Positions 39,805-48,521 of a stretch of 64,000 bases of DNA are shown here, piece after piece. The DNA comes from Hoeflea sp. (GTDB lineage Bacteria > Pseudomonadota > Alphaproteobacteria > Rhizobiales > Rhizobiaceae). Position 1 is the stretch's first letter; each line of letters opens with the position of its first letter. The position numbers and the translations under genes were made by a program. A model generated the notes under the pieces. The model worked only from the letters and a program-made list of their open reading frames with translations, ran no database searches and had not been told where the DNA came from. The DNA lies in assembly GCF_043585085.1 (NCBI RefSeq), contig NZ_CP121320.1, one strand, 5' to 3'.

Positions 39805-41622
39805 ATGTCAGAATCCGATTTACCGTCGATCGCAATTGTCGCCGACGCCCATTTCCACGATCTGCATGCAGATTTCGGGCTGAGCCGGGACGAGGCCCAA
39901 CTGTCGATCCGCCGTTTGGCCGACACGGTCAAATCCACACGCGTGTTCAACGAGAGCGGGTACGCTCTGACCTATGCGCTTGAGGACATCGCCCGGCGTG
40001 GAATCAGGCATGTGGTGCTGCTCGGTGATTATTCCGATGACGGACAGTCTGCCACTCTCAACAGCCTCAGCCGGTTGTTTTCTGACTATGAGCAGCGGTT
40101 CGGAATGCGATTTCATGCGGTTGCCGGCAACCACGACATATTTGCATCCCGCGGACGGCATCGCTCCAAACGCTTCCTGTGCCGCGGCGGCGACTATGTG
40201 CTGTCAACCAGCGACCCGGCGCAATCGGATGCCGACGCGCGGCGAACGGTAGTGACGCCGGCCATGTATTGCCAAGGCTATCCGGCCGGGCTGGAGCCCA
40301 TGCGTCGCAATGGTTTCTTCAGGCGCGGCGACGAGATTTTGTGGGAGACACCCTTTGGTGACAGCGCCAATCCGCTTTCCCGGATCTACAATGCCAGATC
40401 GCCGCACGGTGACGTTACCCATCAGCTCATGGACGCTACCTATCTGGTGGAGCCCCTGCCCGGGCTCTGGATGCTGATGATCGACGCCAATGTGTTTACC
40501 CCACTCAAACCGTCAGGAACCGGCACGGACAGCGAGATCTTCGACGACAGCACCGACGCGGGCTGGAATGCCATGCTTGAGCAGAAGCCGTTCATTCTGG
40601 ACTGGATGAAAGGCGTGGCAGCGCGCGCCGAACAGTCCGGCAAGCGGTTGCTGGCATTTTCGCACTATCCGATGCTAGATCCGCTGCGGGATACCTCCAG
40701 CGACGAGGCAATGCTGGTCGGCGAGACAATGCTGAGCAAGCGCATTCCAAGCGCTGCGGTGGCTGACGCCTTCATCAAGGCGGGCGTCAAAGTCCATTTC
40801 AGCGGTCATCTCCATATCAATGACACCGCCCGGCATGAGAATGCCGAGGGTTTTGTCGTCAATATCGGCGTCCCCTCGCTCGTCGCCTATCCCGGAGCCT
40901 ACAAGACCGTGTCTTTGTCCGGCGAGACCCTTGAGATCGACACGGTGAGCATTGCCGGGTGCGGCCTTGATCCGGCGGTGACACAATCCTACCGGCGGGA
41001 AATCGAAGAAACAGGAGTACCGGCTGAACGGCTGCTGCGGGCCGGAAGCCATGGCGAGTTTCTCTATGAACATCTCGGACATCTCGTTTCACGGCGCCAC
41101 CTGCGCCGGGAATGGCCTCCGGAGCTGGCAACGCTGATCCACAGACTGACGCTTGCCGACGTGGCAGCCATTGCGCTGCTGACGGGGTCGGAGAACGAAC
41201 CGGATCTGGCGAACTTCGGCGAAGTGACGGCCCCCATGCCCGAGTTCAACGCAGATATGGCCACCCGGCTCAAGCGCGTGACCGGACTGCAGCCTGACAC
41301 ACTGGAGGCAATTGGGTTGCTGGATTTTCTTGAGGATTGGTACCGCCTGAAAATGGCGGGCGGGCTTGCGCTCCGGGACATTCCGCCGGAACGGAAGCAG
41401 GTCTATGACGCGCTCATGAAGCTGTTTGACAGTTGCGCCGGTGCGGCAAGACCAAACAGCCTCTCACACTGGTTCAGACTGCTGTTTGCCATCTACAGGA
41501 AATATGATGGCCTGCCATGCGAGCGATTTTCGATATGCCTGCAAACCGGCAGGGTCCTGGCCAGTCCATCTTCAAAAAGGGACAGATACTCTGGAGACAA
41601 CGTCGAAAACCAGTCTATTTAG
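39805..41622 (+). CDS. Calcineurin-like metallophosphoesterase with C-terminal extension
   Basis: ADAHFHD, LGDYSDD, GNHD, FSHYP and FSGHLH motifs. Confidence 0.88.
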   Translation: MSESDLPSIAIVADAHFHDLHADFGLSRDEAQLSIRRLADTVKSTRVFNESGYALTYALEDIARRGIRHVVLLGDYSDDGQSATLNSLSRLFSDYEQRFGMRFHAVAGNHDIFASRGRHRSKRFLCRGGDYVLSTSDPAQSDADARRTVVTPAMYCQGYPAGLEPMRRNGFFRRGDEILWETPFGDSANPLSRIYNARSPHGDVTHQLMDATYLVEPLPGLWMLMIDANVFTPLKPSGTGTDSEIFDDSTDAGWNAMLEQKPFILDWMKGVAARAEQSGKRLLAFSHYPMLDPLRDTSSDEAMLVGETMLSKRIPSAAVADAFIKAGVKVHFSGHLHINDTARHENAEGFVVNIGVPSLVAYPGAYKTVSLSGETLEIDTVSIAGCGLDPAVTQSYRREIEETGVPAERLLRAGSHGEFLYEHLGHLVSRRHLRREWPPELATLIHRLTLADVAAIALLTGSENEPDLANFGEVTAPMPEFNADMATRLKRVTGLQPDTLEAIGLLDFLEDWYRLKMAGGLALRDIPPERKQVYDALMKLFDSCAGAARPNSLSHWFRLLFAIYRKYDGLPCERFSICLQTGRVLASPSSKRDRYSGDNVENQSI

Positions 41623-42085
41623 GCCCCATCTTTGCGAGGCTGCGGGCTTCGGTAAGTTCGGTTGTGGTCTGGCTCAGACGGTCAGCGAGAACCCGCATGA
41701 CCTCGATGGTCATTTCCGGGTAGTCGGTCAGCATCTTGACGAAATCATCCTTGCGGATCCTGAGGGCCTCGATTTCTGTCGTGGCCTTGACCGTGGCTGT
41801 CCTTGAAACATCACACAAGATCGCAATCTCACCGACGAGGGAGTTTTGCGCGACCTCCGCAACCCGGATCTCGGATTTTCCATCCGGTGAATTGACGAGA
41901 ACTTCGGCCTTGCCGGTGAGGATAACATAGGCCGCGTCACCGGGGTCACCCTGATTGAAGAGCACCTCTCCTGCCCGATAGGAAATGCGTTCGGAGGCAA
42001 AAGCGAGCAGTTTCAGCTTGGTCTGATCAATGCCAGCCAAGAGCGGCACACGCCGCAGCATTTGAACCTCATCTTTAAGCAGCAT
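41615..42085 (-). CDS. Stand-alone cyclic nucleotide-binding domain protein
   Basis: LFNQGDPGDAAYVILTG and GEIAIL...RTATV phosphate-binding cassette; 156 aa, no HTH. Confidence 0.93.
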   Translation of the reverse strand: MLLKDEVQMLRRVPLLAGIDQTKLKLLAFASERISYRAGEVLFNQGDPGDAAYVILTGKAEVLVNSPDGKSEIRVAEVAQNSLVGEIAILCDVSRTATVKATTEIEALRIRKDDFVKMLTDYPEMTIEVMRVLADRLSQTTTELTEARSLAKMGPK

Positions 42086-42127
42086 AACCGCTCTCCTGTA
42101 AGTTTTGAGCCCGTGATCCCGACATTT

Positions 42128-44845
42128 CTATCCAGACACCATCTTGTTGAAGACGTCCTTTTCCAGCAGGCTCTCATAAGACCCGTCTTCAGCGATCGCT
42201 CCCCGGTTGAACAGGATGATGCGGTCGAACTCAGATGCCAATCCGGACTGGGCAAGCACCCAGATTACCGTTGGATTCTCGCCGTCGCTTTCCAGCTTCT
42301 TCAGCACCGAACGCCCGATCTGCTCCTGCGTACGTTGATCCAAGCTGGCCAGAGGTCGATTAAAGACATAGTAATCCGACCGCCGCAACAGGACCCGTGC
42401 AAGATTGAGCTTCTGGCGCTGTGCTATCGTCAGGCGCTTGCCTGAGGTTCCGATATCGAAATCAAGCCCGATCGAGAAGACTTCGTCATAAAGACCCAGC
42501 GGCCTGAGAATTTGCATGACGATCATTTTGATCTGTTCTGCACCATCAGCAAACCTGTTGCTCAGGCGGCCAAACAGCACATTGTCCATGATGCTGGCCG
42601 AGGCGATGTAACGGTCGGGATCATAGCGCTCGAACGAGTCGCGCATGTCCTCAGGCATATTGGCGTGGAAATCCTGCCGTGCCGCCACAATGGTTTGCAT
42701 CAGGTCATCGGTGAGAAGACCGAAGCGATGGCGCGGCTCAACATAGGCGAAACTCAGCTTGATGATCCGGCTCTGCTCGTCTGCCGTTGCGTCCTCGAAG
42801 GACTTGCCTTTCAGCTTGTTGAGCAACGCCTGGTAGACCGGGATATCATCCGAGGTCATAAAGGTGAGCTGCTGGAAGAACGGGTGATCCGGCGGCAGGT
42901 CACTGAACAGTTCGATCGCATTCTCGGCAATCTCATAGCCCATCTTGAACAGCGACAGATGAAGCTGGTGACTGGCGATCACCTTTCGGAAATACGGATT
43001 GTTGCCAATCGCACCATCCGCGAAGACCGCGCCCACCGCGTTGCCGAACAGAAGGTTTTCGCCCACTGTCGCCTCGGCATTGTAGGAATCAGGCTCAAAC
43101 GCCACCACCAGATTGGCCAACCCTTCCTTTTCCAGAGCTTCGCGCAAGGCGCCGCGCATGCCGATCAGCCCCTCGGCAAGTTGTTTGTGGTGTTCGGGAT
43201 CAACCTTGGAGCGCAGTGCGAGATCAAGAATATCGGTGGAAAGCTGGACCGTCTCCAGCACTGCCCCGATTGGTCCGGCCAGATCATCGGGACCGGTGGC
43301 GCTTGCCGATTGATAATCGATCCAGTCACTGGCGACGTCGTGGTCCGGATTGCCCGACAGCTTTGCCTCTTCGACATGCCAGTTGCGGTCTTTCAATTGC
43401 CTCTCATCATACTCGGCGGGCCGCACCGGAGCATGCTTCAGACCATAAAGGAGGTTCTCCCTCAGCGCTCCGGAGAAGAAATACGGATCGGACGCGACAT
43501 AGGAAATCGACCTTCCGGTTACGGCTTCGGGCAGTTCGAGAATATCGCTTTCACCTACGGTGATGCGTCCGCTTTCCGGCCAGACGATGCGGCCAAGCGC
43601 CTCGGCAAATGCTTCTCCACCATCGGCCGCATTGCCCAGGATGGCGATTTTCTCACCCTTCTGGACCTGGAGGTTGATCCTCTCGATGAGCTTGGCACCG
43701 CTGTCATCGGCAACAGTCAGGTTCACGGCGGCCAAAGGATAACTGACGATGCCCTCGGGCACCTTGTCTGACACGGTCTGAATCGATGAATCGATCATGT
43801 TATCGACAGTGAACTGGTCAACGACCTGGGTGTATTTGACCTGCACGTCCTGTCTGGTCTGATCCCAGTCAATCAGTTCCTTGAGTGGGCCCGGGAGATC
43901 CTTGTAGGCCGCGATCACGGCCACGAGCTGCCCAATATCCAACTGTCCGTTCAAGGCGAGATAACCACCAACAATGTAGAACAGGAAAGGTGTTACCGAA
44001 GCGAGGAAATTGTTGATGAATTTGACCAGAAACTTCCACTGGTACAAATCATACCGAATGCGGAAAATGCGCCCCAGCCGTGAAGCAACATCTGCCCGCT
44101 CATAATTGGACGTATCAAAGGCATGAATCGCGTGGATGCCTTCAACGATTTCACTGACCCGGCCTGAAAGCTGGCGTGCGGTCAGCTGGCGCTCGCGCCC
44201 CAGAACAAGCAAACGCTTGCGCATTTTGGGAATAAGCACTGCCTGGATGGTCACCATGAACGCGGTGATAAAGCCAAGCCACATGTTTTGCGTGAAGATG
44301 AAGGCGAGTGCCGTCAGCGCCTGCCCACCCAGCAAGGCCGGCTGCACGAAGGCATCGCCGGTAAACCCGCCGATCGGCTCGACCTCATCCTTGACCATGC
44401 TGGCGATTTCGGCAGGCTTGACCTGCTTGAACATGCGCGGCGGGAACCGCAGCACCCGGTCAACCAGCTCAAACCTTATCCGGCGCAGCAGGCGCTCGCC
44501 CAGCCTGCCCTTGTAGGTATTGATGTAAAGCTTGAACAAGCCGTTGATGATGACCAGCATCAGGAAGGACAGGCTCAAGGCATAAAGCGTGTTCAGCCGG
44601 TCCAGATCCATACCGGGCAAAAGCACTGTTTCCCCGAGCACAGGCAGATCCATCGCGATCCGGCCGAACAACTGCGTAGCGTCTGCCGATTCAAACCCGC
44701 CACCCTGGATCGGGCCGTTGACGATCCGCTTAGGGACGTCGAACGACAAGAAATAGGGAATCATCGACAATGCGATGACCAGCAGAATCCACAGCTGCTG
44801 CTTTTTGGTATGGGTCCAGATGTATCGGGAAAGTCGTGTTTCCAT
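42128..44845 (-). CDS. ABC exporter-like TMD-NBD fusion with degenerate NBD and large insertion
   Basis: N-terminal type IV ABC TMD helices; NBD scaffold recognisable but Walker A GNAADGGE, signature LTIAQ and Walker B YYVFNR. Confidence 0.88.
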   Translation of the reverse strand: METRLSRYIWTHTKKQQLWILLVIALSMIPYFLSFDVPKRIVNGPIQGGGFESADATQLFGRIAMDLPVLGETVLLPGMDLDRLNTLYALSLSFLMLVIINGLFKLYINTYKGRLGERLLRRIRFELVDRVLRFPPRMFKQVKPAEIASMVKDEVEPIGGFTGDAFVQPALLGGQALTALAFIFTQNMWLGFITAFMVTIQAVLIPKMRKRLLVLGRERQLTARQLSGRVSEIVEGIHAIHAFDTSNYERADVASRLGRIFRIRYDLYQWKFLVKFINNFLASVTPFLFYIVGGYLALNGQLDIGQLVAVIAAYKDLPGPLKELIDWDQTRQDVQVKYTQVVDQFTVDNMIDSSIQTVSDKVPEGIVSYPLAAVNLTVADDSGAKLIERINLQVQKGEKIAILGNAADGGEAFAEALGRIVWPESGRITVGESDILELPEAVTGRSISYVASDPYFFSGALRENLLYGLKHAPVRPAEYDERQLKDRNWHVEEAKLSGNPDHDVASDWIDYQSASATGPDDLAGPIGAVLETVQLSTDILDLALRSKVDPEHHKQLAEGLIGMRGALREALEKEGLANLVVAFEPDSYNAEATVGENLLFGNAVGAVFADGAIGNNPYFRKVIASHQLHLSLFKMGYEIAENAIELFSDLPPDHPFFQQLTFMTSDDIPVYQALLNKLKGKSFEDATADEQSRIIKLSFAYVEPRHRFGLLTDDLMQTIVAARQDFHANMPEDMRDSFERYDPDRYIASASIMDNVLFGRLSNRFADGAEQIKMIVMQILRPLGLYDEVFSIGLDFDIGTSGKRLTIAQRQKLNLARVLLRRSDYYVFNRPLASLDQRTQEQIGRSVLKKLESDGENPTVIWVLAQSGLASEFDRIILFNRGAIAEDGSYESLLEKDVFNKMVSG

Positions 44846-44852
44846 AAAGACT

Positions 44853-45410
44853 TCAGCTGCTCACATGGATGGATTCCAGAACATGGAATCGGCGTTCGGC
44901 GAATGGCGTGTTTACGATCTCGGGATCAAAAAGACGAAGTTCTATCATGCACAAGGTTCTCAGGACCGGTCTCTCCAAAATTGCTGGCACCTGGGACAAA
45001 GCACGTTCCAAGCCGGGAGTGTAGTCGACAATAACCGTCTTTGCATTGTCTATTAGCGAAAAAAGTACATCGCCCAGAGGGTTGCGGCTGCCGAACGGCT
45101 TGAGCGAATAGCCAAGCAGGACAAGTCCATAGGATTGCGGGGCAAACTCAAACTCGACCTCCTGAAACTTGCGCGCGATATGGCGAACGCGACACGGCTT
45201 TCCGTTGAGTTCGGAGGCCTCAAGGGGCGTTGTCTTCGGGTCGACGGAAGTCACCGAGCGGGGATGGTGGGTCAGGAAAGATGTGATCGGCCGTTCGTGC
45301 CCGCCAATCTCGACAACATGCTCGCAATCGCGCAAATAATGCGCTGCCAGCACTTGGCGTGCATCCGATCCGGCTCCGCTGAGATGAGGGATTGTCCCTT
45401 GGTGATGCAT
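44853..45410 (-). CDS. Hypothetical protein with SAM-methyltransferase-like Rossmann motifs
   Basis: VVEIGG motif I and VTSVDP motif II; stop lies 7 nt before the ABC start. Confidence 0.7.
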   Translation of the reverse strand: MHHQGTIPHLSGAGSDARQVLAAHYLRDCEHVVEIGGHERPITSFLTHHPRSVTSVDPKTTPLEASELNGKPCRVRHIARKFQEVEFEFAPQSYGLVLLGYSLKPFGSRNPLGDVLFSLIDNAKTVIVDYTPGLERALSQVPAILERPVLRTLCMIELRLFDPEIVNTPFAERRFHVLESIHVSS

Positions 45411-45447
45411 GGCTTGCGCTCCAATCGAAAGAGACTACAACACACCA

Positions 45448-46125
45448 ATGATGAACACTACCCGCCCCGGCGAACCGACCGAAAAAGACTGGCATGACAC
45501 CGCATTCGACCTGACAAGGGGGGTGGCTGCCTATACGGGGAGCCCGCTGATTGCAGGCATTGCCAATGTGATCGGGAAACATCCGGACGCCGACATCGGC
45601 AATGCATTCAACCACAAACAGGTGGCCTCGAAGATCTGGGCCCGCCAGATGCTGTTTGAATCGCTCGGCCCTGTCTATCGCAACATCCTTGTTGTCGGCG
45701 GCTGGTACGGCATCCTGTCAGGCATGCTGTTTGATGATGACCGTTTCGAGATTGGCCACATCGTCAGCAGCGACATCGACCCCGACGTGGCAATCGTCGC
45801 CAAGGCCCTGAACCGGGCTTCTTCGGACCGGTTCGAGGCCATTACCGCAGACATGTATGACATGGACTATGCCGCGCTTGGGGCCGATCTGGTGATCAAC
45901 ACAAGCTGTGAGCACATTGCGGACCTTCGGGCCTGGCTTGCGCTTTTGCCGGGCGGGACCCGGGTATTGTTGCAATCCAACGATTATTTTTCCGAGCCGA
46001 CCCACATCAGCTGCGTGCCCGATCTCGATGCCTTCCGGGCGCAGGCCGGGCTGAGAAATGAGGTGTTCGGCGGCGGGCTGAAAACCAAGAACTACACCCG
46101 CTTCATGCTGATCGGCTCGGTTTAA
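45448..46125 (+). CDS. Class I SAM-dependent methyltransferase
   Basis: ILVVGGWYG, SSDIDP, ADMYD and LVINTSCEH. Confidence 0.85.
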   Translation: MMNTTRPGEPTEKDWHDTAFDLTRGVAAYTGSPLIAGIANVIGKHPDADIGNAFNHKQVASKIWARQMLFESLGPVYRNILVVGGWYGILSGMLFDDDRFEIGHIVSSDIDPDVAIVAKALNRASSDRFEAITADMYDMDYAALGADLVINTSCEHIADLRAWLALLPGGTRVLLQSNDYFSEPTHISCVPDLDAFRAQAGLRNEVFGGGLKTKNYTRFMLIGSV

Positions 46126-47270
46126 AGCTGATCAACCAGACCACCTGGACCCAATATGGCTGCGGTCCTGCTGGCGCCGCCAAGGTCGATCCCGTGGCCT
46201 TTGGGTTTGGAGAGAGCAAGCGCATGCGTGATCTCGTCAGCCAGCCTGTCCGCATCCAGATCCGTTTCATGGATTGATCGGGCAAGCCCTCTCAGAACCA
46301 GACGGTCGGCCCGGACCTGCTGTTCGGTCTCGCCGCCGGAGGTAAAGGGCACCACCACAGACCGGCACCCTGCCTCAAGAACATCACCGACCGTATTGTA
46401 GCCCGCCTGTGAGACCGAGAGCTCTGCCGCTTTCAACAGATCGCGAAAATCCTCGCGAAACCTGTGCAGCTCCACATTGGAGCCCAGGCTCTGGACAATC
46501 CGGTCGTAGTCAAGCTGGGGCATGTTGGGCCCTGCGATGAGGCACCAACGCAAGGACTGCGGCAGGCGTTGTGCCGCACCGGTGGCCGCCTCAACGAGAT
46601 TGGCGCCCACCGCGCCTCCCCCGGCTGACACCACAATATCAAAGATGTCTGTCTTGCCAGCCTGCGTCTTCGGTGCGGCAACCAAGCCGGTGTAGATGAT
46701 CTTGTCCTGGATTGCTCCGGCAAGCGGGAATGTCTCGTCGAGGCGAACGAAATCCGGGTGGCCGTGAACCAGAACCCCGTCAAACCACGTGTTGAGAAGC
46801 GCCACGCTCTCCTCGTCCCGCCCCGGTTTGGCGCGGGCCTGCAGGATATCGCGCACGGACGAATACACACGCGGGCGCGGTTTGGTGGCGTGGATGGCCT
46901 TAAGAAACGGCAGCAGTTCGAACCGCATCTGCCTTCGTCCAAAGGGGAACGCCTCGATCAGGACAATGTCGGGTTTGAGCGTTGCGAGCGTATCGAGCAG
47001 CTTTGCCCGACGTTGGTCCTTGAAGGCCTCATCCACCGGATTTCCGTGCATGTCGGCCAATCCGGAAAAGCCCGCGTCGGCAGAAACCACCGGCGGCAAG
47101 GCAACATGGCGGACAGTGGCCGGAGGAAATCCCTTCACCGGCAAACCGCCGGTCACCATTGTGACATCATAGCCATCCTGAACCAGAGCCTGCGAAATGC
47201 GGCTCGCCCGCGCCAGATGACCGATTCCGAGCAAGTGCTGGACATAGAACAGCACCGATTGCCCGGTCAT
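46122..47270 (-). CDS. Predicted glycosyltransferase (GT-B, COG4671-like)
   Basis: YVQHLLGIGHLAR, IEAFPFGRR, VSAGGGAVG and SQAGYNT. Confidence 0.88.
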   Translation of the reverse strand: MTGQSVLFYVQHLLGIGHLARASRISQALVQDGYDVTMVTGGLPVKGFPPATVRHVALPPVVSADAGFSGLADMHGNPVDEAFKDQRRAKLLDTLATLKPDIVLIEAFPFGRRQMRFELLPFLKAIHATKPRPRVYSSVRDILQARAKPGRDEESVALLNTWFDGVLVHGHPDFVRLDETFPLAGAIQDKIIYTGLVAAPKTQAGKTDIFDIVVSAGGGAVGANLVEAATGAAQRLPQSLRWCLIAGPNMPQLDYDRIVQSLGSNVELHRFREDFRDLLKAAELSVSQAGYNTVGDVLEAGCRSVVVPFTSGGETEQQVRADRLVLRGLARSIHETDLDADRLADEITHALALSKPKGHGIDLGGASRTAAILGPGGLVDQL

Positions 47271-48505
47271 CGCTGCTTACTCCAGGCGCCGGTGAAAAGC
47301 TGCTTGAGCTGAGCGATGCTCGAATGATGATCGAACTGCGACCTGACCCGGGCCTCGACGGCATCACCCAATCGATGCCGCAAGACCGGATCGGTTATGG
47401 CCGTCTCGATGAGAGCGGCAAAGGCATCAGCATCTTCGGGTGGGCAGAGCAGACCGGTCTCATTGTGCGTGATCAGCTCGGGAATGCCTGAGATTTCGGT
47501 GGAAACTGTGGTCAATCGCTGGCTCGAGGCCTCCACGATAACGTTTGGAAGCCCGTCGCGGTCTCCATCCGCAGTGATCCGGCAGGCGAGTGCGAAGAGA
47601 TCCGAGCGCTGATACTCGGCCAGCACCTCTGTCTGATCGAGGGCGCCACGCCATTCGATCCGATCTTCAAGGCCGAGTTCCTTTGCCAGAGATTGCAGCT
47701 CGGGCAGTTTCTCGCCGCCGCCAATATGGGTGAACTTCCAATGCAGGGATGCGGGCAACCGGCTCAGTGCTTTGAGAAGGATGTCGTAGCCCTTCTTCTC
47801 GACGGCCCGGCCGACACTGACAATGCGAACAGGATCTTCAGGATCGGACCCGTCGCGTGCAGACTTTTCTCCATCAAATCTGGAGAAGCGATCGAGATCA
47901 AGCCCGTGATAGCTCAGATGAACCTCGCCCTTGGCCGCGGCCAACTTCTGGAGGTGCACAAAACCGCTCCGGGTGCAGGTGACGGTCCAGGCTGCAGCCT
48001 GCAGCTTTTGGCGCAGTTCCCAATCATCGGAGGTCCAGATATCCTTGGCATGCGCCGAGCAACTCCAGCCAATCGAGAGCATCTGGCTGGCATAGGACGC
48101 GACCGAGGCAGGCGTGTGAATGAAATGGCTGTGAAGCCAGCCCGCATCCTTCGGCCATTCGGCGCAAAGCACTGCGGCCTGACCAAAGCGGCGGACACGG
48201 TTGCGGGTGAAATCCTTGCCGAGATCCCGCACCAGCGTCGCCACAGCGCGCCAGAAACCCGGTTTGGCCAAACCTGAAAACACGGCCTTGAGAACCCTGC
48301 CGGGCTCTTCATGGAGATATTCAGGAAGGTAGAAGACCGGCGCCTTGATCTCGTCATTGACCGGATGGCGCTTCTTGTCGGTCGGATGGCGCAACGCCAC
48401 CAGAACCAGATCAAAACCGGCACGCTCCAATCCGAGAATTTCCTGGGCGATGAAGGTTTCCGACAGACGCGGATAGCCCTTCAAAACGATAACTGTTTTG
48501 CGCAT
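47267..48505 (-). CDS. GT4 family glycosyltransferase
   Basis: KGYPRLSETFI, VGRAVEKKG and DGDRDGLPNVIVEA. Confidence 0.92.
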   Translation of the reverse strand: MRKTVIVLKGYPRLSETFIAQEILGLERAGFDLVLVALRHPTDKKRHPVNDEIKAPVFYLPEYLHEEPGRVLKAVFSGLAKPGFWRAVATLVRDLGKDFTRNRVRRFGQAAVLCAEWPKDAGWLHSHFIHTPASVASYASQMLSIGWSCSAHAKDIWTSDDWELRQKLQAAAWTVTCTRSGFVHLQKLAAAKGEVHLSYHGLDLDRFSRFDGEKSARDGSDPEDPVRIVSVGRAVEKKGYDILLKALSRLPASLHWKFTHIGGGEKLPELQSLAKELGLEDRIEWRGALDQTEVLAEYQRSDLFALACRITADGDRDGLPNVIVEASSQRLTTVSTEISGIPELITHNETGLLCPPEDADAFAALIETAITDPVLRHRLGDAVEARVRSQFDHHSSIAQLKQLFTGAWSKQR

Positions 48506-48521
48506 TTCGATCAAACCAGGC

